A stretch of DNA of 64,000 nucleotides from Actinomycetes bacterium (GTDB lineage: Bacteria; Actinomycetota; Actinomycetes; Nanopelagicales; Nanopelagicaceae), in NCBI GenBank assembly GCA_037130455.1, contig JBAXSZ010000005.1:374-64373 (forward strand), read 5' to 3'. The notes beneath the pieces are model-generated. The model searched no databases, was not told the origin of the DNA, and saw nothing but the letters and a program-made list of their open reading frames with translations. Positions 50,853 through 60,086 of the stretch are shown here, in pieces. The position numbers and the translations under genes are program-made. Within the stretch, counting starts at the first letter, position 1; each line of letters begins with the position of its first letter.

Positions 50853-51508
50853 CTTTTACCTCTCACTGTGAAGGAACTGACAATCTCATCGATAACTTTG
50901 AGATTCTTTGAAAAACAAGTACTAGTACAGCGAACGATCAAAACGTAGATTGTGGAACGATCATCGGAGACCAAGGCGGTCTGATCAATTGTTTGCGAGA
51001 CACCTTTCTTAGGTGTGAATTCGAAAACCGTATGAACACCACGAGCGATTTTCTGAATAGATTCTGCGTCATCAAGCAATTGAAATTCTGGAGCGGTCGC
51101 GTCCAGGCCAGAGGCCCAAGAAGTCACTGGCACAATCATGTTTCGAAGCGAGTTATAGGAAACTGCATCTATTTCCTCTGGCAACAGCGACCGCACTCGA
51201 ATGTAGGCAAGCGGTACCGTTGGCGCCACTAAACTCAAAACATGTGAAGAAGTAATTTTCTTACTGGGTGAGAATGCCTCTTGCCACTTCACTGCATATA
51301 ACCGATCTAATGCCGTCCCCGTTGCACCTTGACCTTCGCGCGCATTGAGCGCCGCATTAGAAACACGTATCCAATTCTTCGGCACCGAAAAATAGACGCC
51401 ATCGGTTTTATCGACTGCATAGAGCCGACTTGGCCCTGAGCAACTTGTCAGTGCGAGGCTGGAGATGATCACGACAAAGCAGAGAGCGCCTAATTTTCGA
51501 ATATACAC
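50849..51508 (-). CDS. Putative lipoprotein, function unknown
   Basis: 219 aa with signal peptide plus lipobox (ISSLALTS-C-SG). GTG start. The TGA stop overlaps the ATG of the FtsH-like gene (ATGA at 50849-50852). Confidence 0.6.
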   Translation of the reverse strand: MYIRKLGALCFVVIISSLALTSCSGPSRLYAVDKTDGVYFSVPKNWIRVSNAALNAREGQGATGTALDRLYAVKWQEAFSPSKKITSSHVLSLVAPTVPLAYIRVRSLLPEEIDAVSYNSLRNMIVPVTSWASGLDATAPEFQLLDDAESIQKIARGVHTVFEFTPKKGVSQTIDQTALVSDDRSTIYVLIVRCTSTCFSKNLKVIDEIVSSFTVRGKR

Positions 51509-51560
51509 CGCGGCAATCTTGCCCTATTTCCGGCTATTTTTCCGCTCAGGCGAGCATTGA

Positions 51561-53309
51561 CTATGGAACTGGTGTGAAGTCAACGCCGGCTTCTTTGCGT
51601 TGTGGCGCAGTAATCGGAGTCGGGGCTCCAGTTAATGGATCTCCGCCACTGGCCGTTTTTGGAAAAGCAATCACTTCGCGGATGGATTCAGCACCTGCAA
51701 GCAGCGCACAGAGTCGATCCAGTCCGATAGCGATTCCACCATGGGGAGGTGGCCCGTAGTTGAAGGCCTCTAAGAGGAATCCAAACTTGCTCTCGGCTTC
51801 TTCAGGAGTCAAACCGATTACATCAAAGACTCGCTTTTGAACTTCGCGTTGATGAATTCTTATCGAACCGCCACCAATTTCATTTCCGTTCAGGACAATG
51901 TCGTAGGCATATGCAAGCGCTTCCGCTGGATTGGTGTGAAAGTTTGCAGCAAATTCGGGCTTTGGTCCGGTGAATGGATGATGAACCGCATGCCAGCCAC
52001 TTTCGGGGTTTTCGCTATCCAATAGTTCAAACATTGGGGCATCTACGACCCAGAGGAATTCCCATTTGGTTTCATCGATCAGCTTGCATCTACGACCAAT
52101 TTCCAAACGGACTGCGCCTAGTAAATTTAGTGAAGAGATCCGGTTGCCAGCTGCGAAGAAGATTGCATCTCCGGGGGCAGCGCCAACTTTGCTAGCAATT
52201 CCAGCAATTTCTTTCTCAGATAAATTCTTTGCAACTGGACCACCCAAAGTTCCATCTTCATGGACCAAAATGTAAGCCAAGCCTTTTGCTCCGCGGGCTT
52301 TTGCCCAATCTTGCCAGGCATCCAGATCGCGACGAGCTGAACTAGCGCCGCCTGGCATAACGACAGCGCCAACGTATTCAGATTGGAACACGCGGAAAGT
52401 TGTTTCAGCAAAGAACTCCGTGACATCTGTGAGTTCGTTGGCAAAACGTAGATCTGGCTTATCCGACCCAAAACGACGCATTGCTTCGTGATAGGTCATA
52501 TGTGGAATTGGGGTAGGAATTTCGTAGTTAACAACCTTGCGGAAAACATCTGTGAGAATCTTTTCGGCAACCTCGATGATGTCCTCTTGATCAATAAAAG
52601 ACATCTCAATATCTAACTGCGTAAATTCGGGTTGTCGATCTGCCCGAAAATCCTCGTCTCGGAAGCATCTAGCAATTTGATAGTACTTTTCCATGCCGGC
52701 GACCATCAACAACTGCTTGAAGAGTTGCGGGGACTGCGGCAGGGCGTACCAACTACCCGGTTGAAGTCGGACTGGAACCAAAAAGTCCCGAGCGCCCTCA
52801 GGTGTGGATCTAGTTAGGTAGGGGGTTTCGATTTCCAAGAATTTCGCTTCATCCATTGCAGCACGGATAGCTGAAGTAACCTGAGAACGCAGTCGTAGAT
52901 TTCGGGCTGGGCCTTCACGGCGCAGATCCAAATATCGATATTTCAATCGAACTTCTTCGCTGATGGTGCTCAGATCCCCGCTATCGACAGGAAATGGTAG
53001 AGGCGCTGCTTCGCTCAAGACTTCCAATTTTTCGCAAATAATTTCGATTTCCCCAGTAGGAATAGCTAGATTTTCATTTCCAGCCGGACGAAGACTGACC
53101 GTCCCGGTGAGCAATATGCACCATTCAGCTCGCAACGAACCAGCCACGTTTTCATCATGAATTACCGCTTGAACAGCTCCGGATGCATCCCGAAGATCGA
53201 TAAAAGCAACCCCACCATGATCTCGGCGGCGGGCTACCCAGCCAGCCAGAATCACGGTAGATCCAACATCGCTCTTGCTCAGAGTTCCTGCAGTATGCGT
53301 TCTTAGCAT
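51561..53309 (-). CDS. aspS: Aspartate-tRNA ligase (probably non-discriminating)
   Basis: 582 aa with an OB fold, class II motif 2 [18 protein letters not shown] and motif 3 GGIAIGLDR. Confidence 0.95.
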   Translation of the reverse strand: MLRTHTAGTLSKSDVGSTVILAGWVARRRDHGGVAFIDLRDASGAVQAVIHDENVAGSLRAEWCILLTGTVSLRPAGNENLAIPTGEIEIICEKLEVLSEAAPLPFPVDSGDLSTISEEVRLKYRYLDLRREGPARNLRLRSQVTSAIRAAMDEAKFLEIETPYLTRSTPEGARDFLVPVRLQPGSWYALPQSPQLFKQLLMVAGMEKYYQIARCFRDEDFRADRQPEFTQLDIEMSFIDQEDIIEVAEKILTDVFRKVVNYEIPTPIPHMTYHEAMRRFGSDKPDLRFANELTDVTEFFAETTFRVFQSEYVGAVVMPGGASSARRDLDAWQDWAKARGAKGLAYILVHEDGTLGGPVAKNLSEKEIAGIASKVGAAPGDAIFFAAGNRISSLNLLGAVRLEIGRRCKLIDETKWEFLWVVDAPMFELLDSENPESGWHAVHHPFTGPKPEFAANFHTNPAEALAYAYDIVLNGNEIGGGSIRIHQREVQKRVFDVIGLTPEEAESKFGFLLEAFNYGPPPHGGIAIGLDRLCALLAGAESIREVIAFPKTASGGDPLTGAPTPITAPQRKEAGVDFTPVP

Positions 53310-53324
53310 TGCTTAATTCACAAC

Positions 53325-54581
53325 CTAACTGTCTCGAAGAAATTCTTCTAAAGAAGAAATCGTAACGGATTGGCTTTCGCCTGAATTCATATTTTTGACC
53401 GGGATGGACTCCATGTGAAGTTCATCAGCGCCTAACACCAAAGAAAATTTTGCCCCGCTCTTGTCGGCCATTTTCATAGCGCTCTTCAATGCTCGATCGC
53501 CGTACGCCATATCAACGGTCAATCCGGCATTTCTTAGTCCATTTACAATTTGAGCAACTTTCACTTTCGCCTCATCACCTAAAGCGATTGCAAAAAGGTC
53601 CAGTTTTTGTAGCGGGGCCAGCTCAATTTCCTCGGCTTGGCAGGCCAATAGAATCCGATCGACACCCATTCCATAACCAATGCCAGATAAATCAGCGCCT
53701 CCAAGTTGTTTCATCAATCCGTCATACCGCCCACCGCCACCAATTCCAGATTGAGCACCCAATTTTTCGTGGATAAATTCGAAGGTGGTTCCGGTGTAAT
53801 AGTCCAACCCTCGGACCATGCGTTTATTAATAACAAAATCTATGCCAAAATCCTTAAGCAGCGACTGTACGGAGTGGAAATGCGCCTTACTTTCCTCCGA
53901 TAGATAGGTGAGCAGTAACGGGGCATTTTCCATCTGCTTCTGCACCGCCTCGCGCTTGTCATCGAAGAGACGTAATGGATTGACAGCCGCCTTTGCGCGA
54001 GTCGCCTGGTCCAATTCAAGCCCAGCGATGAACTTATCCAAATCGACTCGATGCGCTTTTCGGGATTGAGCGTCTCCAAGCGAAGTAATCTCTAATCGGT
54101 AATCCTTTAATCCTAATTTCTTTAAACTGCGATCGGCAGTGGCGATTACTTCCGCGTCAATCTCGGGATCATTGAGCCCAATGGCCTCAATACCCACTTG
54201 GTAGAACTGACGGTAGCGACCTGCTTGTGGGCGCTCGGCTCTAAAGAAAGCGCCGGAATACCAAACTTTTACGGGTAGTTGACCGCGATCCAAGCCATGC
54301 TCTATCACCGCTCGCATTACACCAGCAGTTCCTTCTGGGCGAAGCGTGATAGACCGTCCGCCTCGATCCTCGAAGGTGTACATCTCTTTAGTGACTACAT
54401 CCGTGGTTTCGCCTACGCCTCGGGCGAAAAGTTCGGTATCTTCAAATACTGGAAGTTCCATGAGTAAATACCCAGCTTGCACCGCCGCGGATATTAAACT
54501 TTCACGAACCACTTCAAAATGCAGTGAGCGCGGCGGGGCATATTCACTAACCCCTTTTGGCGCCTGAAATTTCATGACCAT
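53325..54581 (-). CDS. hisS: Histidine-tRNA ligase
   Basis: 418 aa with RPEGTAGVMRA, FRAERPQAGRYRQF and GGGGRYDGL. An alternative ATG at 54575 forms ATGA with the upstream stop. Confidence 0.93.
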   Translation of the reverse strand: MVMKFQAPKGVSEYAPPRSLHFEVVRESLISAAVQAGYLLMELPVFEDTELFARGVGETTDVVTKEMYTFEDRGGRSITLRPEGTAGVMRAVIEHGLDRGQLPVKVWYSGAFFRAERPQAGRYRQFYQVGIEAIGLNDPEIDAEVIATADRSLKKLGLKDYRLEITSLGDAQSRKAHRVDLDKFIAGLELDQATRAKAAVNPLRLFDDKREAVQKQMENAPLLLTYLSEESKAHFHSVQSLLKDFGIDFVINKRMVRGLDYYTGTTFEFIHEKLGAQSGIGGGGRYDGLMKQLGGADLSGIGYGMGVDRILLACQAEEIELAPLQKLDLFAIALGDEAKVKVAQIVNGLRNAGLTVDMAYGDRALKSAMKMADKSGAKFSLVLGADELHMESIPVKNMNSGESQSVTISSLEEFLRDS

Positions 54582-55267
54582 TTCCCATTCAAGAATTCTT
54601 CACGTAGGTAAGGATTACTCTTACGCTCTCGGCCAATTGTAGTTTGACCACCATGACCTGGATGAACAATTAACTCATCGGCCAGGGGAAGAACCTTCTC
54701 TTTTAATGTTTTGAGCATCGCGACAGGCGAACTTGTAGGTAAGTCATATCTTCCAATCCCGCCGGCAAAGAGGGTATCGCCAGAGATTAAATGCTCATTG
54801 TCTACCTGGACCATGATGGAACCTTTGGTGTGACCTGGCGAATGAATCATTTCCAAATGCATTCCTGCAATTTCGAGCTTTTGACCATCAGCGACGACCT
54901 GCACTTCAGCTGGTTCGGCAAAATCAGTAACACCCAATTGGGTCATCAGGGCTCGCAATTCACCATCGGGCCGCAACGCCCGCCAGGGATCGGTCAAAAG
55001 AGCGCGGTCGCTCTGGTGAATGAGAGCCGGGATTTGGTAGTGATCAGAAACCGGAAAAATCGAGAATGTGTGATCCAGATGCCCATGTGTCAGGATTGCT
55101 GCGATTGGTTTGAGATTCTCCTTATCCAGGACACGTCTAACTCGCTCTAACATGCTCGGATCTCCGCCTATGCCCGGGTCCACAATCAAACATTCAGAAT
55201 TTCGTGCCGAGGCAAAAATCCAACAATTAGTCCCAAAATAGGGTGCCTGGATTACTTCAATTATCAA
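54572..55267 (-). CDS. MBL-fold metallo-hydrolase (glyoxalase II-like)
   Basis: 231 aa with HxHxDH motif THGHLDH, SPGHTKGS and a C-terminal HPGHG. TTG start. Confidence 0.8.
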   Translation of the reverse strand: MIIEVIQAPYFGTNCWIFASARNSECLIVDPGIGGDPSMLERVRRVLDKENLKPIAAILTHGHLDHTFSIFPVSDHYQIPALIHQSDRALLTDPWRALRPDGELRALMTQLGVTDFAEPAEVQVVADGQKLEIAGMHLEMIHSPGHTKGSIMVQVDNEHLISGDTLFAGGIGRYDLPTSSPVAMLKTLKEKVLPLADELIVHPGHGGQTTIGRERKSNPYLREEFLNGKWS

Positions 55268-55398
55268 GCTTGCCCCTCAACTTCCCTCAGTAAAGGGGTT
55301 CAGGGTACCCTTATCACTCTGTAATTGATGGCCGTTTAGCTAACGAACCCTCAACTTAGGTCATATCCGTATCCGATCTACGCAGTGCCACAACGGAA

Positions 55399-55415
55399 GC
55401 TTGCACAATGCAAGC
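55399..55415. promoter_or_regulatory. Perfect 7-bp inverted repeat (GCTTGCA-caa-TGCAAGC), candidate operator or 5'-UTR hairpin upstream of the DUF349 gene
   Basis: Read directly from the sequence. It lies 28 nt upstream of the SD-supported ATG at 55443. Confidence 0.25.
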
Positions 55416-55442
55416 GACGCGCAACCGACGAAGGAGCCCACG

Positions 55443-56786
55443 ATGGAAAACACACCAGTTGAAGCAGTAGCAGAAGATTCAACCCCGGCAGAACGTCCAT
55501 CGCTGCCAGTCTCAGCCGCTTCGGCTCTGGTTGGAGATCCTTCTCAATTTGGTCGCGTTGGTGAAGACGGAACGGTATTTGTCATTTTGGCAGACGGTGA
55601 AAGAGCCGTGGGTTCATACCCAGGCAAAAGCCCTGAAGAAGCGTTGGCCTATTTTGTTCGAAAATTTGAAGCATTAGCCTCTGAGGTTGCGTTGTTAGCC
55701 GCACGAATCAAAAGCGGCGCCATGGTTCCATCAGATGCTGCACAGGCAGTAGGCAAACTGCGCGAGCAAGTGTCCAACTTAAATGGTGTTGGCGATTTGG
55801 CAACATTAGCAATTGCGGTTGAACAAATTCCTTCGCTTATCGAAGATCATCAAGCGGCTTATCAAGAGCGCAAAGAAGTTGAAAACGCGATAAAAGAAGC
55901 AAAGCGAGCCCAAGCTGTTGCCCACAAAGAGAAGATAGTTTCAGAAGCTGAAGAGCTCGGTGCCAGCGAAAATTGGAAAGCGACTGGAGAACGGCTCAAA
56001 GTTTTGTTGGACGAATGGAAAGCAGCACCACGTCTGGATAAGAAAACCGACGCTGACTTGTGGAAGCGATTCTCTTCTTCACGAAATAAATTTGATAAGA
56101 AACGCCGGACCCACTTTGCTTCTTTGGAAGCAACTCAATCTGGTGTTCAGGAGAAGAAAGAAGCCATCGTCAAAGAAGCTGAGCAACTGGCGACTTCACA
56201 CGAATGGTTGGCTACCGCCAAGCGTTTCAAAGAACTTATGGATCAATGGAAAGCTTGCGGCCGAGGAAAACCATCAGTTGATGCAAAGATGTGGGCTCGG
56301 TTCAAAGCCGCACAGGATCAATTCTTCGTTGCTAAAAATACCGACCTGGAACGTCGCCAAGTGAGCATGGCTGCGAATTTAGTGAAACGCGAAGAATTAA
56401 TTACCGCTTTTGAGGCGCTCTTGCCCTTTAAAGATCTTCAATCCGGAAAGCGTGCTTTCCGCGAACTCATGGATCAGTGGCAGAAGATTGGCATGACCGA
56501 GCGAAGCAAGCGCGCCGCTTTGGATGCTCGTTTAGCTAAAGTTGAAGATGCTTTGGATTCTCTGGAACAAGATCATTACCGCCGTACCGACCCAACGGCT
56601 ATCGCTCGAGCGAATGATGTTGTCCAAGGTTTAATAAATGCCATTGAAAATTACGAAAAGCAAGCGGCCAAAGCGCAAGCATCTGGAGATCTGGCCAAAG
56701 CCAAGGTTGCCCTGGAGGCTGCCGAGGCACGCAAAGTTTGGTTGGCCGAGGCTCAAAAGGGACTATCTGAGTTTAAAGTTCGTTAA
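55443..56786 (+). CDS. DUF349 repeat protein
   Basis: At least three repeats of about 75 aa of the type W..(A/T)..R(F/L)K.L.D(E/Q)WK..G....(D/S)..(L/M)W.RF....(D/N).F. I chose the ATG at 55443, preceded by GAAGGAG at a 6-nt spacing. The ORF track starts at a TTG at 55401. Confidence 0.75.
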   Translation: MENTPVEAVAEDSTPAERPSLPVSAASALVGDPSQFGRVGEDGTVFVILADGERAVGSYPGKSPEEALAYFVRKFEALASEVALLAARIKSGAMVPSDAAQAVGKLREQVSNLNGVGDLATLAIAVEQIPSLIEDHQAAYQERKEVENAIKEAKRAQAVAHKEKIVSEAEELGASENWKATGERLKVLLDEWKAAPRLDKKTDADLWKRFSSSRNKFDKKRRTHFASLEATQSGVQEKKEAIVKEAEQLATSHEWLATAKRFKELMDQWKACGRGKPSVDAKMWARFKAAQDQFFVAKNTDLERRQVSMAANLVKREELITAFEALLPFKDLQSGKRAFRELMDQWQKIGMTERSKRAALDARLAKVEDALDSLEQDHYRRTDPTAIARANDVVQGLINAIENYEKQAAKAQASGDLAKAKVALEAAEARKVWLAEAQKGLSEFKVR

Positions 56787-58963
56787 TTATTAGTGGTGCG
56801 ATACACGTCGTACACACCTTCGACATTTCTGACGGCAGATAGCACCGCATCCAGGTGTGATGCATCTGCCATCTCAAATGTAAATCGCAGTACCGCGGTT
56901 CGATCTCGTGAAGTGCTAACTGCCGCATTCAAAATATTGACGTGTTGATCTGAAAGTGTTCTGGTGACATCTGAGAGCAGGCGATTCCTATCCAGGGCTT
57001 CCAATTGAATATTCACCAAAAATAGGGTCTTCGCATTTACATTCCATTTAACATTTACGATCCTATCCCCTTGGTGAGAACGTAAATCGGAAATATTAAT
57101 GCAGTCTGTTCTATGGATCGAGACGCCGCTACCTCTGGTTACAAATCCAACAATTTCATCTCCAGGTACTGGCGCACAACACCGAGCCAGTTTGACTAAA
57201 ACATCGTCCGAACCTTCAACATCTACACCCGAGGAACTTCGGCGGTTGCTCTCCAAAGTGGAGGTTCCAATGAGGTGTTCGATGCTGGACTCTTGATGGG
57301 CATTTTCATCGCCCATGGCAGCAGAGAGTTTTTCCACCACAAATTGTGCCGATATGTATCCGTTGCCAACGGCGGCATACATGGCCTCAATGTCTGGGTA
57401 ACGAAGATCGTGGCTAAGTTGAAGAATTGCTTGACCGGCAAATATCTTCTGTAATGGAAGTCCAGCCTTTCGCATCTGGCGAGCGATAGATTCACGGCCG
57501 GCATCAATAGCTTCTTCGCGTCGTTCTTTGGAAAACCAGGCTTTGATCTTGGAACGTGCTCGGGGGGATTTTACGAAGTTAAGCCAATCCCGGCTGGGTC
57601 CAGCGTTTTCATGCTTATTGGTGACAACTTCCAAAACGTCGCCATTTTCCAAAGTAGATTCCAAGGGAACTAACTTGCCATTGACCTTGGCGCCAACACA
57701 ACGATTACCCACTTCGGTATGAACCGCATAGGCGAAGTCCACTGGAGTGGAGCCTGCCGGAAGTGCAATCACGCTTCCCTTTGGCGTGAATACAAAGACT
57801 TCTGGGGTGCGTAGGTCATAGCGAAGAGTGTCTAGGAATTCACCAACATCTTCAGTCTCTTGTTGCCACTCATGCAATTGCTTGAGCCACAACATATCGG
57901 TGCCGCCGGCGGCTGGATGAGAGACCTCATCACCTTTCATCTTGTACTTCCAGTGGGCTGCAATTCCGTATTCGGCTCTTGCATGCATATCAAAAGTTCG
58001 AATTTGGATTTCTACAGCCTTGCCCGTTGGACCAATCACTGTCGTGTGAAGGGACTGATACAAATTAAATTTAGGCATTGCTATGTAATCTTTGAAGCGA
58101 CCTGGGATTGGGCTCCATCGGGCGTGAATTGCCCCCAGTACTCCGTAACAGTCGCGAACATTCTCTACCAGTACTCGAATTCCGACTAGATCATAAATTT
58201 CATTGAAATCTCGTCCACGAACTACCATCTTTTGATAAACGCTATAGAGGTGCTTCTGTCGACCTTGAACCTTGGCGGTGATCCCATCTGCAACTAAATC
58301 GCCCTCGACAAGTTCGACTACTTCCGAAGTGAGCTTGGATCTAGATGGCGAACGATCTAGAACTAGTCGTTCAATTTCATCGTATTTCTTGGGCTCCAAG
58401 ACCTGAAAAGAAAGATCTTCCAGTTCCCACTTGATCGCGTTCATTCCCAGACGATGAGCCAAAGGGGCATAAATATCTAATGTTTCCTGCGCTTTACGCT
58501 GTGCCGTCTCGGCGGAGACGAACTTCCAAGTTCTAGCGTTATGTAATCTGTCCGCTAATTTGATAACTAATACGCGAATATCACGAGACATAGCGATGAC
58601 CATCTTGCGTAAGGTTTCTGCCTCCGCACTCGGTCCATAAATCAACTTATCCAGTTTGGTAACGCCATCTACCAACCCAGCAACTTCATCACCAAAATCC
58701 CGACGAATGGCATCCAAGGTGATCAGAGTGTCTTCCACAGTGTCATGGAGCAGCGCGGCAATTATTGTGGCGGCATCTAAACCAAGATCGGCCAAGATTT
58801 CAGCCACTGCCACCGGATGAGTTATGTAGGCCTCACCCGATTTACGAAGTTGGCCATCGTGTGCAGCATATGCAGCCGCAAAGGCTCGCTCTAGTTCATT
58901 TAGCGAACTATCTGGATGACTTGCCCTCAGACTTTTAGCCAAGGGCTCAATCATCGAGTTCAC
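56783..58963 (-). CDS. rel: Bifunctional (p)ppGpp synthetase/hydrolase Rel
   Basis: 726 aa with HD domain HDTVEDT, synthetase YQSLHTTV, and TGS and C-terminal ACT regions. Confidence 0.93.
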   Translation of the reverse strand: MNSMIEPLAKSLRASHPDSSLNELERAFAAAYAAHDGQLRKSGEAYITHPVAVAEILADLGLDAATIIAALLHDTVEDTLITLDAIRRDFGDEVAGLVDGVTKLDKLIYGPSAEAETLRKMVIAMSRDIRVLVIKLADRLHNARTWKFVSAETAQRKAQETLDIYAPLAHRLGMNAIKWELEDLSFQVLEPKKYDEIERLVLDRSPSRSKLTSEVVELVEGDLVADGITAKVQGRQKHLYSVYQKMVVRGRDFNEIYDLVGIRVLVENVRDCYGVLGAIHARWSPIPGRFKDYIAMPKFNLYQSLHTTVIGPTGKAVEIQIRTFDMHARAEYGIAAHWKYKMKGDEVSHPAAGGTDMLWLKQLHEWQQETEDVGEFLDTLRYDLRTPEVFVFTPKGSVIALPAGSTPVDFAYAVHTEVGNRCVGAKVNGKLVPLESTLENGDVLEVVTNKHENAGPSRDWLNFVKSPRARSKIKAWFSKERREEAIDAGRESIARQMRKAGLPLQKIFAGQAILQLSHDLRYPDIEAMYAAVGNGYISAQFVVEKLSAAMGDENAHQESSIEHLIGTSTLESNRRSSSGVDVEGSDDVLVKLARCCAPVPGDEIVGFVTRGSGVSIHRTDCINISDLRSHQGDRIVNVKWNVNAKTLFLVNIQLEALDRNRLLSDVTRTLSDQHVNILNAAVSTSRDRTAVLRFTFEMADASHLDAVLSAVRNVEGVYDVYRTTNN

Positions 58964-58983
58964 GATTTTGCCTTAATTACTAT

Positions 58984-60084
58984 TTAACGTCGACGAGGTT
59001 TGCGCTTTGGCTGGTTCCGTGGACCGCGTTCGCGACCGCTCTTATCTGAAGAACCTGCTGCACCCTCCGTTGAAACATCTGCGCTTAGTGAAACGGCGGC
59101 TGCAGCGGTTGAGGCTGCTGCTCCCCCGCGAATTGCAACGCGCTTGGCTAGCGCCTGCATAGCTGGCTCACGCTCACGAAGTGTTGCAAGGATTGGAGGC
59201 GCAATGAATACCGAAGAATAAGTACCGATCGCAAGACCAATAAAGAGCGCTAGCGAAAGGTCCTTCAGAGTTCCAGCACCCAAAATTCCGGCGCCAACAA
59301 AGAGAATTGAAGCGACTGGCATAAGTGCAATCAGTGATGTGTTGAACGAACGCACCAATGTCTGATTAACCGCATGATTAACTGCCTGAGAGAAAGTCAC
59401 CTTGCCAGTGCTGGTGATAGTTCGAGTATTTTCACGAATCTTGTCAAAGACAACCACGGTGTCATAAAGCGAATAACCCAAGATCGTGAGAAATCCAATA
59501 ACGGTAGATGGCGTAACATCAAAACCAACGAGGGCGTAAATACCAACGGTGATAAATACGTCATGGACAACAGCGGCAATAGCGGCAACAGCCATCTTAG
59601 GTTCGAAGGCAAGTGCTAGGTAGGCCATGACCACCAATAAGAAGCCAAAGAGACCATAGAGTGCTTTATGGGTGATCTCTTTACCCCATGAAGGTCCAAT
59701 ACTTTGGGTGTCAATGTTATTGACTTGCACGTTGAACTTCTTCGCCAAGGAATCTTGAATGGCATTTACTTGAGCGTTGGTAAGCGCACCAGTTTGAACT
59801 CGAATCTTGTTGCTACCTATTTTCTGAATAACTGTTTCGCTGGTGATCCCGGCATCAGCAACAGCCTGACGACCCATGTCGATAGAAGGGTTGGTCGAAG
59901 ATACGGTAAATGACGAACCGCCCTTAAATTCGATACCTAGGTGTAGCCCTTGAGTAAAAAGTGATATTGCAGCAACGGCAATAAGCACTCCAGAGACTGC
60001 ATACCAACGTCGACGATGCGCAATAAATTCAATTGCCGTTTCACCACGATAAAGACGACCACCAATTCCGGAAAGTGAACTCAT
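58984..60084 (-). CDS. secF: Protein translocase subunit SecF
   Basis: 366 aa with the SecF membrane core (GIEFKGGS, FDKIREN) and a basic C-terminal tail. Confidence 0.9.
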   Translation of the reverse strand: MSSLSGIGGRLYRGETAIEFIAHRRRWYAVSGVLIAVAAISLFTQGLHLGIEFKGGSSFTVSSTNPSIDMGRQAVADAGITSETVIQKIGSNKIRVQTGALTNAQVNAIQDSLAKKFNVQVNNIDTQSIGPSWGKEITHKALYGLFGFLLVVMAYLALAFEPKMAVAAIAAVVHDVFITVGIYALVGFDVTPSTVIGFLTILGYSLYDTVVVFDKIRENTRTITSTGKVTFSQAVNHAVNQTLVRSFNTSLIALMPVASILFVGAGILGAGTLKDLSLALFIGLAIGTYSSVFIAPPILATLREREPAMQALAKRVAIRGGAAASTAAAAVSLSADVSTEGAAGSSDKSGRERGPRNQPKRKPRRR

Positions 60085-60086
60085 GA

